A stretch of DNA of 62,566 bases from Thermodesulfobacteriota bacterium (GTDB lineage Bacteria > Desulfobacterota > Binatia > UTPRO1). A program made the position numbers and the translations under genes. Of this stretch, positions 9,031-17,962 are shown in pieces. The DNA lies in the NCBI GenBank assembly GCA_036781285.1, contig DAIQBH010000006.1, positions 1 through 62,566 on the forward strand, read 5' to 3'. The notes under the pieces are model-generated. The model was not told the DNA's origin and searched no databases. It was given only the letters and a program-made list of their open reading frames with translations. How positions within the stretch are numbered: position 1 is the stretch's first letter; every line of letters begins with the position of its first letter.

Positions 9031-11367
9031 TCACGGGACGACCAGCAGGGTCTCGGACTGGTTCAAGGCGCCCGGGCCGGGGAACCCGGCCGAAGCATTG
9101 ATCGCCCCCGAGTTCCCCGGCACGCAGTAGGTGGAGGCTACCGTGCGATGGGGGAAGCCCGCGGCGCCCGTTCGCACGATACCGCTGTTCACGAAGCACG
9201 CCCGATGCTTGAAGACGCAGGTCTCCGCGGGCTGGCAGAACGGACATGCGCTCCCTCCGCAGTCGGCGTCTGCGAGGCATGCCCTGTACGTCGTGGTCGA
9301 GCAGTAACCCAGGACGGGGCCGGACGTGCAGATGCCCTCCTGAGTCGAATCCATGTCCGACGGGTCTTCGCGACAATCGCCATCGTGGCAGAAGCCACCG
9401 GTGCAGTCGGCGTCGACGCTGCACAACGCGCCGTCGGACACACCGCCGACGCACGCCGGCGTACAGTCATTGGGACGCACTTGGTCGGCGCAGAAACACT
9501 GATGCGAACACGTCCCACCTGGGCACTCCGAAGCGACCGTGCAATCGCGGCCTCCGCTCGCCCCTCCGACGCACGTCTTCGTGTTGAAGCCCGGTTGCGT
9601 ACACGCCACTCCAGGGGACAGCGAGTACGAGTTGGTACCAATGGGGTCGTTGTTGACGTCGAGGCCCCCACTCGGGCTCGTGATGAGATTCGAGCTCGGC
9701 GGACAGTCCATGCTCGTTACGCCGAAAAAAGGGAGGGGACCGCCGAACGGAGCCGTCCGCCGGCACGTCTTACCGGCACGGGGACCGTCACTACAGATCG
9801 CTTGGGTCACGCACGGACCATCACCCGGATCACAGTCGCCGTCGACGGCGCAGGGCTCCTTGTCGACGGCACAGAACCCGCCGCATACGGGACACGGCTT
9901 TTGCTGCGTGAGCGGCTGCACCACGACGGCACTCTGGCGTACCTTGAGCTCGCCGGCGCCGGTCAGGATGTTGACGGTCCCGACCACGTCCTCACTCAGC
10001 GTGCTGACGTTGCAGACCGCAATTCCGCCGGCGACCTGGGCAACGGGAGAACGCGCCAACCGGGTCTCGCAGAAGTCGCCGGGACCGTCGCAGACCGGAT
10101 CGCTTGGATCGTTCACGGCGCATTTCTTGTTCGGGTCGAGATGGCAATGCGGACCGGTCGCTGTCCGCTCCTTCCGGCACGTGCCCTGCCCGAGACCGGC
10201 ACAGATCGAATCAGAGGTAGTGCCGGAAGCGGCCGCTGCATCCACACCACAGGGCGAATGCGGTGCGAGCGAGCAGCTCGGGCCGGCGATGCAAAGACCG
10301 GTCACGTCGCAATCGTAGAGGTCGACGATGTACCCACTGTCCTGCACGACGTCGCCATCCGAGCTCAGTCCCGTCCAACCGTTGTCGGTATCGGCCTCGG
10401 CATCGCTCAGGACGACCATGCGCGGCTTGGTCTTGCAGAGGCACGCAAAGAATCCGTCCGGGATCTCCGCGGTTCCGCACTGGCCAGGACACGCGGAATC
10501 GTCGGGACCATCACATTCCTCGTTCAGCTGGTTGACGATGTTGTCGCCGCACAGCCCGCCTCGGGCTGCGTATTCGTAGTCGATGAGGTCGGCGGGGAGG
10601 GTGATCTCGGGCGTATCGATGAGGATCTCTTGCGCATCGATCAAGCAGGTCGCCGCCGCGCCAGGGCTCACTTGATCGGGCGTGCACACCTTGAGATCGG
10701 TGATTTGTTGCGCCGAGCACTTCTTTCCGATGCCGGCGGTGAGCTTGGCTTCGCACTTTCCGATCGCGTCCATCGTTTTCTGGTCGGTCGTCGCGCAGAG
10801 ATCCGGGCTCACGGTGCTCTTGCCCTTGATGACGGCGTCGCGGCACTTGCCGACGCTCTTCAACAGGCAAATCGACATGCGGCGGCTCTGCTTTGCGACT
10901 TCGGCCTGGCACTTGTGGTCGTCGCCGAGCGGGGGCACGAGCGTCCCATCGTACTCGAGCGCGAGGACGGTGGTCAGGAACGAGTCGTGACTTGCCTTGA
11001 TGCAGTCGTGGAGATCGGCCGGCGTGAAATCATCCCCTGGGTTCGCGTCACCGCACGGACCGGGGAACCCGATAAGCCGAAGCTCACTCGGGGTGATCGA
11101 GCATGACTTCGTCAACGCATCCGCGAGCTTGCTCTCGAGCTTGTTCACCGCGCCCGGGTCGGGCGTCGCGCAGCTCACGTCCTTGAGATTCGCGTCTCTG
11201 CACTTTTGTTCCAGTTTGAGCCGTGCAGCGAGGTACTTCTGGGCTGCTTTCGGGGCGGCGAGCGCGCACTTCACACGGCGCTCGAGGGCGTGCGCGGACG
11301 AGGCCGCACACGCGACGGCCAGCATTCCGGCAACGAGAATCGACGCTCGGGTTCTGCCGATCGTCAT
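9031..11367 (-). CDS. Large secreted Cys-rich protein (Cx21C repeats, CGDN..EECD repeat, CxGG..C..CPGGxC repeats)
   Basis: 778-aa ORF with a signal peptide. Clear paralog of 17963..20356. Confidence 0.85.
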   Translation of the reverse strand: MTIGRTRASILVAGMLAVACAASSAHALERRVKCALAAPKAAQKYLAARLKLEQKCRDANLKDVSCATPDPGAVNKLESKLADALTKSCSITPSELRLIGFPGPCGDANPGDDFTPADLHDCIKASHDSFLTTVLALEYDGTLVPPLGDDHKCQAEVAKQSRRMSICLLKSVGKCRDAVIKGKSTVSPDLCATTDQKTMDAIGKCEAKLTAGIGKKCSAQQITDLKVCTPDQVSPGAAATCLIDAQEILIDTPEITLPADLIDYEYAARGGLCGDNIVNQLNEECDGPDDSACPGQCGTAEIPDGFFACLCKTKPRMVVLSDAEADTDNGWTGLSSDGDVVQDSGYIVDLYDCDVTGLCIAGPSCSLAPHSPCGVDAAAASGTTSDSICAGLGQGTCRKERTATGPHCHLDPNKKCAVNDPSDPVCDGPGDFCETRLARSPVAQVAGGIAVCNVSTLSEDVVGTVNILTGAGELKVRQSAVVVQPLTQQKPCPVCGGFCAVDKEPCAVDGDCDPGDGPCVTQAICSDGPRAGKTCRRTAPFGGPLPFFGVTSMDCPPSSNLITSPSGGLDVNNDPIGTNSYSLSPGVACTQPGFNTKTCVGGASGGRDCTVASECPGGTCSHQCFCADQVRPNDCTPACVGGVSDGALCSVDADCTGGFCHDGDCREDPSDMDSTQEGICTSGPVLGYCSTTTYRACLADADCGGSACPFCQPAETCVFKHRACFVNSGIVRTGAAGFPHRTVASTYCVPGNSGAINASAGFPGPGALNQSETLLVVP

Positions 11368-11879
11368 GAGGGACCTCGTCTTTCGACCAAGGAGTGGATT
11401 GCAAAGGGCATGAGTCGTCGGCTCCGGCTGCCTCCGCGAGGATGCAGCGTGCGGCGACGCTAGCAGAGGTCGAGGCGACGAGGGAAAGAATGTTGGCGGC
11501 TTAGTCCGGGTCAGGACGCCATCCGGACGAGAAGCGCGCGTCTTGGGCGTGTCGACATAACGTTCGCTATAGTCCGTTCGGACGTGAAGGAAGCGCTCGC
11601 CACGGTGAACGTGCAGCGCAGGTCAACTGCAACGCGTCGCCGTCGTGCTTCCGCGTCGCCATCAGCACCATCGTCTCGATCCCGATCTTGCCGGGCGGCG
11701 ACCCGGCAGACCATCCTCGATGGCATCCGACTCGAATAGCGCCGAGCACCGAACCCGAAGGAGGGCGCGCGCGCCGTCCCTGGAGCGACTGCGATCCATT
11801 CGTCCCGCAGGAGCACGGCAGCACCATGCATGCCGCGATCCCTGGCAGCCGTTGGAGATCTTCGAGGCCACCACCCGCA

Positions 11880-12081
11880 TTGCGACGACCCGGCGCGACG
11901 GCACCAAATCTGATCTGCGGGCGTGGCGTAGGGCAGCCAAGCGTTCCAGGAATTCGTGCGCGGGGTGAAGATCGGGTGGCGTGCCGTCATGCCACCGCGA
12001 GCGGAGCGTACACACGACGCGGCCATCGGCGAGTCGCGACGATCGCTCTTGCGCGAGCGGAGGGCGCAAAAGGTAGTGGCA
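11880..12081 (-). pseudogene. IS91/ISCR-family (Y2 HUH) transposase remnant
   Basis: CHYLLRPPLAQERSSRLADGRVVCTLRSRWHDGT...EFLERLAAL resembles the C-terminal block of IS91-type transposases. No N-terminal HUH part, and the flanks are degraded. Confidence 0.7.
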
Positions 12082-12157
12082 GACGTTCGAGCCCACCACG
12101 GTCGTCGGCCGCGACGTCGCGCGCGGCGTGATCCTGCGGCGATCGAGCCGCCACGAA

Positions 12158-12285
12158 AAATTGAACGCGAAATTGAACGCATGGAGCGGCCGCGCGCCTT
12201 GTACCCCGCGCTCCGCGGCCCCTAGGGTGTCCGCTCACCGAGGGCGATGAAACGCCCACAACCACTGCCGCACCCCACTGCCGCA
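12158..12285 (+). repeat. Two short direct-repeat pairs upstream of the 12301 gene
   Basis: AAATTGAACGC at 12158-12168 and 12170-12180; CCACTGCCGCA at 12262-12272 and 12275-12285. Confidence 0.85.
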
Positions 12286-12300
12286 TAGAAGGAGTTCTTC

Positions 12301-13455
12301 ATGTCGTTGCACCGAGTGTCTTCGCTGTTGGCCGGTCTTCTCGGATCGTTGGTGGTGGCGGGCTCGGCCAGCGCAGCCGGTGCCGACAAAGTCACGATCT
12401 GCCACTTTCCGCCCGGCAATCCCGGAAACTTCCAGACCATCACGATCGCGCCGTCGGCGCTGCCCGCCCATCTCGGCCATCACGACTTCGGCGGGCCGTG
12501 CGAGAACGACTGCACGCTCCTCGGCTCCGTCTGCGACGACGGGAACTCCTGCACCGTCGATACCTGCAATGCCGATGGAACGTGCGCGCACTCGGCGCCG
12601 ACCGACTGTAACGATGGCAATCCCTGCACCGCCGACTCGTGCGATCCCGACACGGGCGCGTGCGTGACGACGCCCGTGTCCACCAGCACGACGTGCGACG
12701 ACGGCAATGCGTGCACCGGCCCTCTCGACAATTGCGACAGCAGCGGGGAGTGTCACGGGGCGCCGATCGCGGGCTGCTGCACCACCAACGCCGCGTGCAA
12801 CGATCAGAATCCGTGCACCAACGATACGTGCAATCTCGGCACGCACACGTGCACGAACAGCACGAAGACGTGCACCCCGTCGGACCTCTGTCACCAGGCC
12901 TCCTGCGCCCCCGACGACGGCACGTGCGTCGAAGCCCCGATCGAGTGCGACGCCGGCGACGTATGCTCGGAGGGAACGTGTGTCCCCCTGGAAACGAGAC
13001 TGGTCGATCTGACCGTCGGAACGACTTACAGCGGCGCAGCGTCGTTCCCAGCCGACTCTCGCCAGCAGATCACCATTCCGCCGGGTGGGGCTTGGATTAC
13101 GAAATTGGAAGTCGGTCATGCTACCGGTGTGGGCGCCTTGACCATCCGAGACAACGCGAGTGGAATCGGTGTCCTGGGAGCACCGATTGCCGGATTGAGT
13201 GAAACCGATCCGGGCGTGCTCGTCACACCCTCCGTGGTGAGTGTCGGTGGAGCCGGCTCATCTCCGGCGTCGTCCAATGTCCGGCGAGTCGAATACCCGA
13301 CGCCGATCTTCTTGGCGGCTGGGACATATCAAGTCTCGATGGCCGTTTCGAGCACTGCCAGCAATGCCCTTTGGGCCTACACCCACGCTGGCGCTGAACC
13401 ATCTGTTCCGCCTGGCTACGTCTTCTGGATCGTGGTGGCTGGGTACGCGCCCTAG
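12301..13455 (+). CDS. Secreted protein: KVTICH domain, CxDGNxCTxDxC repeats and a distinct C-terminal domain
   Basis: Signal peptide; KVTICHFPPGNPGN; repeats CDDGNSCTVDTC, CNDGNPCTADSC, CDDGNACT, CNDQNPCTNDTC; AAGGAG RBS. Confidence 0.85.
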   Translation: MSLHRVSSLLAGLLGSLVVAGSASAAGADKVTICHFPPGNPGNFQTITIAPSALPAHLGHHDFGGPCENDCTLLGSVCDDGNSCTVDTCNADGTCAHSAPTDCNDGNPCTADSCDPDTGACVTTPVSTSTTCDDGNACTGPLDNCDSSGECHGAPIAGCCTTNAACNDQNPCTNDTCNLGTHTCTNSTKTCTPSDLCHQASCAPDDGTCVEAPIECDAGDVCSEGTCVPLETRLVDLTVGTTYSGAASFPADSRQQITIPPGGAWITKLEVGHATGVGALTIRDNASGIGVLGAPIAGLSETDPGVLVTPSVVSVGGAGSSPASSNVRRVEYPTPIFLAAGTYQVSMAVSSTASNALWAYTHAGAEPSVPPGYVFWIVVAGYAP

Positions 13456-14145
13456 ATGGCGACGTTCGTTCTCGTCCATGGTGCGTTCGGGAGCCCGGCC
13501 GAGCTGGCGCCGGTGATTCCCGAGCTGGAGGCGCGCGGGCACCGCGCGGTCGCCGTCGACCTGCCGTGCACGGACCCGACGGCAACGCTCGACGACTACG
13601 CCCGGACGGTGGCCGAGGCGATGGCCGGGATCACCGGGCTGGTCGTGGTCGTCGGCCATTCGGCCGGTGGTGCCACGATCTCGCTCGTGCCCGGCCGGAC
13701 CCGCGTCGACCGCTTGGTCTACGTGACGGCGGTCGTTCCCGAGCCGGGGCGCTCGATCGCCGACGTCGTCGGCGCTGACGTTCGCGACACGATGCTGTCG
13801 GTCTCACGCGACGACGGCAACGGCTGCCGGTCGTTCGACTTCGAGCTGCTGGCCTCGCTGGCGCCGCCGGAGGAGCGGGATGCCTATCTGACCTTCCTCA
13901 CGACCACGCAGCGCGCCCAGGGCTGGGGAGCGATCGAACAGCCCTGGCCCGGCCGATCCCTTCCCGACGTGCCCCGTGCCTATGTCCTCTGCACGGAGGA
14001 CAAGATCATACCGCCGGCGAAACAGCGCGCGATGGCGGCGCGCCTCGGCGTGGAGCCGATCGAGATCGCCTCCGAGCATGCGGTCTTCACGTTCCAGCCT
14101 CACGCGCTCGCGGCGGTGTTGGCGGCGGAGTGCCGATCGACGTGA
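13456..14145 (+). CDS. Alpha/beta hydrolase (methylesterase-like)
   Basis: FVLVHGA, VVGHSAGG nucleophile elbow, EDKIIP, SEH. The ATG directly follows the upstream TAG. Confidence 0.92.
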   Translation: MATFVLVHGAFGSPAELAPVIPELEARGHRAVAVDLPCTDPTATLDDYARTVAEAMAGITGLVVVVGHSAGGATISLVPGRTRVDRLVYVTAVVPEPGRSIADVVGADVRDTMLSVSRDDGNGCRSFDFELLASLAPPEERDAYLTFLTTTQRAQGWGAIEQPWPGRSLPDVPRAYVLCTEDKIIPPAKQRAMAARLGVEPIEIASEHAVFTFQPHALAAVLAAECRST

Positions 14146-14339
14146 GCTCCCGGGAGTCGGAAGCTCGAGCAGTGCCGCCAGATCCGCTCTCGCCGACGAC
14201 AGGAGCGAGCGGGGCGATGCGGGTCCGCTCGACCCCGGAAATCCGGTCCTGCTAGAGACCTGCCGCGTGAGCCGAGGATCGCGGTGAGGCGTGGCGGGGC
14301 GCCAGGCTAGGAGTCCGCGAGCCTTCTCCGTGCCCTCTC

Positions 14340-15875
14340 ATGTTCGTCGACGCGCGCACTGTTCCCGACGGTTCCCGCGTCGAGGCCGACGTCTGCATCA
14401 TCGGCGCCGGGGCCGCGGGGATCACGGTCGCCCGCGCGCTGCGCGCGGGGCCGTGGCGCGTGGCGCTCCTCGAGTCCGGAGGATTCTCGCCGGACGCGGT
14501 GACGCAGTCGCTCTCCGCCGGATCGGCGCCGGATCAGCCGTACTTCCCGCTCGACGAGTCACGAACGCGCTGCTTCGGGGGCACCACGCATCAGTGGACC
14601 GGCGAATGCCGTCCGCTCGAGGCTCTCGACTTCGAGGAACGTGACTGGGTTCCGGGGAGCGGCTGGCCGTTCCGTTTCGTCGACCTTCTGCCGTTCTACC
14701 AGCGCGCGCAGTCGCTGTGTGAGCTCGGTCCCTTCACGTACGACGCCGCCGATTGGCCGGGGATGAGTGCGCGGCTCCTCGCGCTCGACGACGAGCGGGT
14801 GCTCACGCGGACGCTGCACTACAGCCCCCCGACGCGCTTCGGCCGGACGTACCGCGCCGAGATCGGACGCGCGGGGACCGTCGTCGCGTACCTCGGAGCG
14901 AACGTGGTGCAGCTCGAGACGCCTGCGCCGCCCACGCGCGTGACCGGGGTGAGGGTCGCGACCCTTTCGGGCAGCGCCTTCCGAGTCGCGGCGCGCCTCG
15001 TCGTGCTTGCCGCGGGTGGCATCGAGAACGCGCGCCTCCTTCTCATGTCGAACGAGGTGCAGGCTGCCGGCCTCGGCAACGACCACGACGTGGTCGGCCG
15101 CTACTTCATGGAGCATCTGTATCTGGACCGCGCGGCGACGATCGAAGCGCCGCAAGGGCGCATCGACGAGCTCTACACCTTCGGGCACCGGGTCGCGCGG
15201 CGGCGCGTGCGGGGCATCCTGGCGCTCGCCCCGCAGATCCAACGGCGCGAACGGCTGACGAACGTCTGCGCCGTCGTCGACGAGGATCCGCCGCGCTTCG
15301 CTCCTCCGTCATGGGGCTCGCTGCTCGACGCCCTCCGCGACGGTCGGGTGATCGAGCGCGCCCGGACGTTCGTCCGGAACTCGACCGAGCGGCGCGCCCG
15401 CGGCGCTCGCCGAGATCGGTCCACCGATCTCCACCTGGTGAAGCACGTCATGGAACAGGCCCCCAATCCCGAGAGCCGCGTCGTGCTCGGTCCCGACACG
15501 GACCGTCTCGGCTGTCCTCGGGTCATCCTCCGGTGGCGCCTCGGCGCCCTCGACAAGCACACGGCGCATCGCGCGCACGAGATCCTCGCCGAGGAGCTCG
15601 AACGGAACGGGATCGGACGCTTCGCGAGCACGATCGGCCGGGAAAGCGATCCGTGGCCCTCGACCTTGCGCGGGGGACGTCACCACATGGGCACGACCCG
15701 CATGCATCCGGATCCGCGGCACGGGGTCGTGGACGCCGACGGCCGCGTCCACGGGATGGCGAACCTGTACGTCGCCGGAAGCTCGGTGTTTCCGACCTCG
15801 GGAACCGCCAACCCGACGCTGACGATCGTCGCCCTGGCGCTCCGCCTCGCCGACCACCTGCGACGACGACTGTGA
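14340..15875 (+). CDS. GMC-family FAD oxidoreductase
   Basis: IIGAGAAG, LLESG, FGGTTHQW, AAGGIENARLLL, HHMGTTRM, GTANPTLTIVALALRLA. Confidence 0.95.
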   Translation: MFVDARTVPDGSRVEADVCIIGAGAAGITVARALRAGPWRVALLESGGFSPDAVTQSLSAGSAPDQPYFPLDESRTRCFGGTTHQWTGECRPLEALDFEERDWVPGSGWPFRFVDLLPFYQRAQSLCELGPFTYDAADWPGMSARLLALDDERVLTRTLHYSPPTRFGRTYRAEIGRAGTVVAYLGANVVQLETPAPPTRVTGVRVATLSGSAFRVAARLVVLAAGGIENARLLLMSNEVQAAGLGNDHDVVGRYFMEHLYLDRAATIEAPQGRIDELYTFGHRVARRRVRGILALAPQIQRRERLTNVCAVVDEDPPRFAPPSWGSLLDALRDGRVIERARTFVRNSTERRARGARRDRSTDLHLVKHVMEQAPNPESRVVLGPDTDRLGCPRVILRWRLGALDKHTAHRAHEILAEELERNGIGRFASTIGRESDPWPSTLRGGRHHMGTTRMHPDPRHGVVDADGRVHGMANLYVAGSSVFPTSGTANPTLTIVALALRLADHLRRRL

Positions 15876-16033
15876 CGGTGGCGTCGGCGCGTCGCCCTCG
15901 CGCGTCCGGTTGCCAGGACGCGAAGGTTCGCGCGAGCACATTCACACAGCCATGACCCTCATCACCTCGCGATGAGCTGCGGGGAAGATCGTCACGAAGC
16001 TCGCCACCGTCTCGCTGCTCGCCACCGCCGCGC

Positions 16034-17710
16034 TCAGAATGGAGCGGGGCTCGCGAACGTCACACGTTCGCCGGTCGCGGGATGCGCGAACGTGATCGCT
16101 TCGGCGTGCAGCATGAGACGTTCGCCGGCATGGCCGTAGAGACGGTCGCCGGCGATCGGTGCGCCGAGGCCGCGCGGATGCGCGGCGTGCACGCGCAGTT
16201 GATGAGTGCGGCCGGTCCGCGGCAAGAACGCGACGCGGGTGCCGGCGATCGCGCCGTCACCGTCCGACGCTGCCACGGTTCCGACGCGCCGCCATTCGGT
16301 GACGGCACTCCGGCCGTGCACGGGATCGTGGATCTGGCGCGGCCGGTCGTCGACGTCGACTCTCAGCGCGAGGTCGATCACGCCGCCGTCGTCGTCGATC
16401 CGTCCCTCGACGATCGCGGCGTAGCGCTTCTCCACGGTGCGCGCGAGGAATTGCCGCTGGAGCGACGCATGAGCCTCGCCATCGCGTGCGGCGACGAGCA
16501 ATCCGGAGGTGTCGAGGTCGAGGCGATGGACCAGCAGCGCGCCCGGATGCGAGCGGCGGAGGCGCGCGGCCACCGAGTCGTTCGGCCGTCCGTTGCGTGC
16601 GTCCACCGAGAGCAAGCCGCACGGCTTGTCGACGACGACGATGCGATCGTCCTCGAAGATCACGCGCAGCCGTAGCGCCTCCGACTCAGGGGGCTCGAAA
16701 CGGCGGGGCGGGGCGACGTCCAGGCCGTCCATCATGAACGGCAGCAGCGGCCCGCATTTGTCGCGGCACGCCGGGTAGAACGCGCCCGCGACGCGACCGC
16801 CGCCCGCGGGCGGCGCGCCCCACCAGAACTCCGCGAGCGCGAGCGGCCGCAAGTCCAACGCGAAAGCCCACGCGAGGAGCTTCGGCGCGACGCAGTCACC
16901 GGCGCCGGTCGGTGGTTCCGCCGGCGCGAACAGTGTCCGGAGCGCGCGGATCGCGCCGCGCGCGTTCGGAGCTCGATACGTGTCGTGAATCCGCTGCATG
17001 AGGCGGCGACACACGATGCGGCGCAGGCGCTCGAAGGCGGCGAGCCGACGATCGACGCGGCGGAGGCGGACGTCGATCGCACGGCGCTCGGCGGCATGCG
17101 CGGCGTCGAGGGCCCGCCGCTCGGCCTTGTCGCGACGGCTCTGCTGCGCTCGCAGCTCGGTCGCCGCGTCCCGCGCCGGGTCTGCGCAGCCGTCGACCGC
17201 GACCACCGCCGTCCGTCGCCGGCGCTCCGCGCGCCGTTCGCGATGACGCGCGCGCATGGCGTCGGCAGCAATGCGGTGGCGCGCCGTCATCGCGCGCTCG
17301 GCCTCGCGAAGTGCCGCGACCTCCGCGGACGACGCGAACGCGGCGCGGCGCGCGATGAGATCCTTCACGAGCGCTTCGCCCGGCACCTCGATCGCGTCGC
17401 GCGCGGCGCGGTCGAAGATCGGCGGGGCGTACCCGGGGACGTCGAACCGCCCGCCGAGCATTCCGGAGAAGGCGCGCAGGAACCCGCGGCGTCCCTCGCG
17501 ATCTTCGACGACCAGCACGCCGAACATCTTTCCGCCGGCGGGCGCGTCGAGGACGTCGGTGCGCAGGTTGGCCGCGACGAAACCGGTCCGGAGCTCGGCC
17601 ATCACGATCGAGGCGGCACGGCGGGCGAGCGCCGGCGGCCCGAGCTCGTCGAACGGGCTCGGAAAGGGCGCGCCATCATCGGAAGTCGGCTCGTCCAAAG
17701 GTGTCAGCAT
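16034..17710 (-). CDS. rluA: RluA-family pseudouridine synthase, long form with an N-terminal coiled-coil extension
   Basis: VDKPCGLLSV, HRLDLDTSGLL, GRTHQLRVH, MLHAEAI. N-terminal GKMFGVL and GAGDCVAPKLL blocks. Start chosen at MLTPLDE. Confidence 0.85.
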   Translation of the reverse strand: MLTPLDEPTSDDGAPFPSPFDELGPPALARRAASIVMAELRTGFVAANLRTDVLDAPAGGKMFGVLVVEDREGRRGFLRAFSGMLGGRFDVPGYAPPIFDRAARDAIEVPGEALVKDLIARRAAFASSAEVAALREAERAMTARHRIAADAMRARHRERRAERRRRTAVVAVDGCADPARDAATELRAQQSRRDKAERRALDAAHAAERRAIDVRLRRVDRRLAAFERLRRIVCRRLMQRIHDTYRAPNARGAIRALRTLFAPAEPPTGAGDCVAPKLLAWAFALDLRPLALAEFWWGAPPAGGGRVAGAFYPACRDKCGPLLPFMMDGLDVAPPRRFEPPESEALRLRVIFEDDRIVVVDKPCGLLSVDARNGRPNDSVAARLRRSHPGALLVHRLDLDTSGLLVAARDGEAHASLQRQFLARTVEKRYAAIVEGRIDDDGGVIDLALRVDVDDRPRQIHDPVHGRSAVTEWRRVGTVAASDGDGAIAGTRVAFLPRTGRTHQLRVHAAHPRGLGAPIAGDRLYGHAGERLMLHAEAITFAHPATGERVTFASPAPF

Positions 17711-17825
17711 GAGCGTGGAGCTCGGATCCGCCCAGTCGGCAGAAGGCGGCGGGAACCGTCCCCGTACCTGTCCGTGCGCTCCGACGCCACTCGCTGCGTG
17801 TACCCCGCGGCCCATGGCGGACGGG

Positions 17826-17856
17826 CGACTGGGCGTCACGGCGTGACGCCCAGTCG
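17826..17856. repeat. 31-bp near-perfect palindrome in a divergent intergenic region
   Basis: CGACTGGGCGTCACG-G-CGTGACGCCCAGTCG (15-bp arms). Confidence 0.9.
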
Positions 17857-17962
17857 TCACAGGTACAGACGACGAGTGGTTGCCCGTGTTCCGAGCGTCT
17901 CGGAGCGCCACTCCGCCGCCGCGCGTGAAGTCCGTTTGGACATCCGAACAAGGAGGAGAGAC

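Noticed and set aside
8896-11106. Long antisense ORFs (for example 8896..11106, 27684..29585, 43951..46752, 37315..39219)
   Set aside because: Shadow ORFs expected at this GC content. They are Arg/Ala/Gly-rich, motif-free and lie opposite well-supported genes.
11550-11580. CATAACGTTCGC resembling an integron attC core
   Set aside because: No matching partner box at a suitable distance, no cassette array and no integrase.
16985-17962. N-terminal extensions of ORF-track entries (16985.., 33911..36949, 20413..24312, 352..1764, 54266..55705)
   Set aside because: The true starts are downstream, judged by RBS, signal peptides and stop/start overlaps. The extensions overlap other genes.
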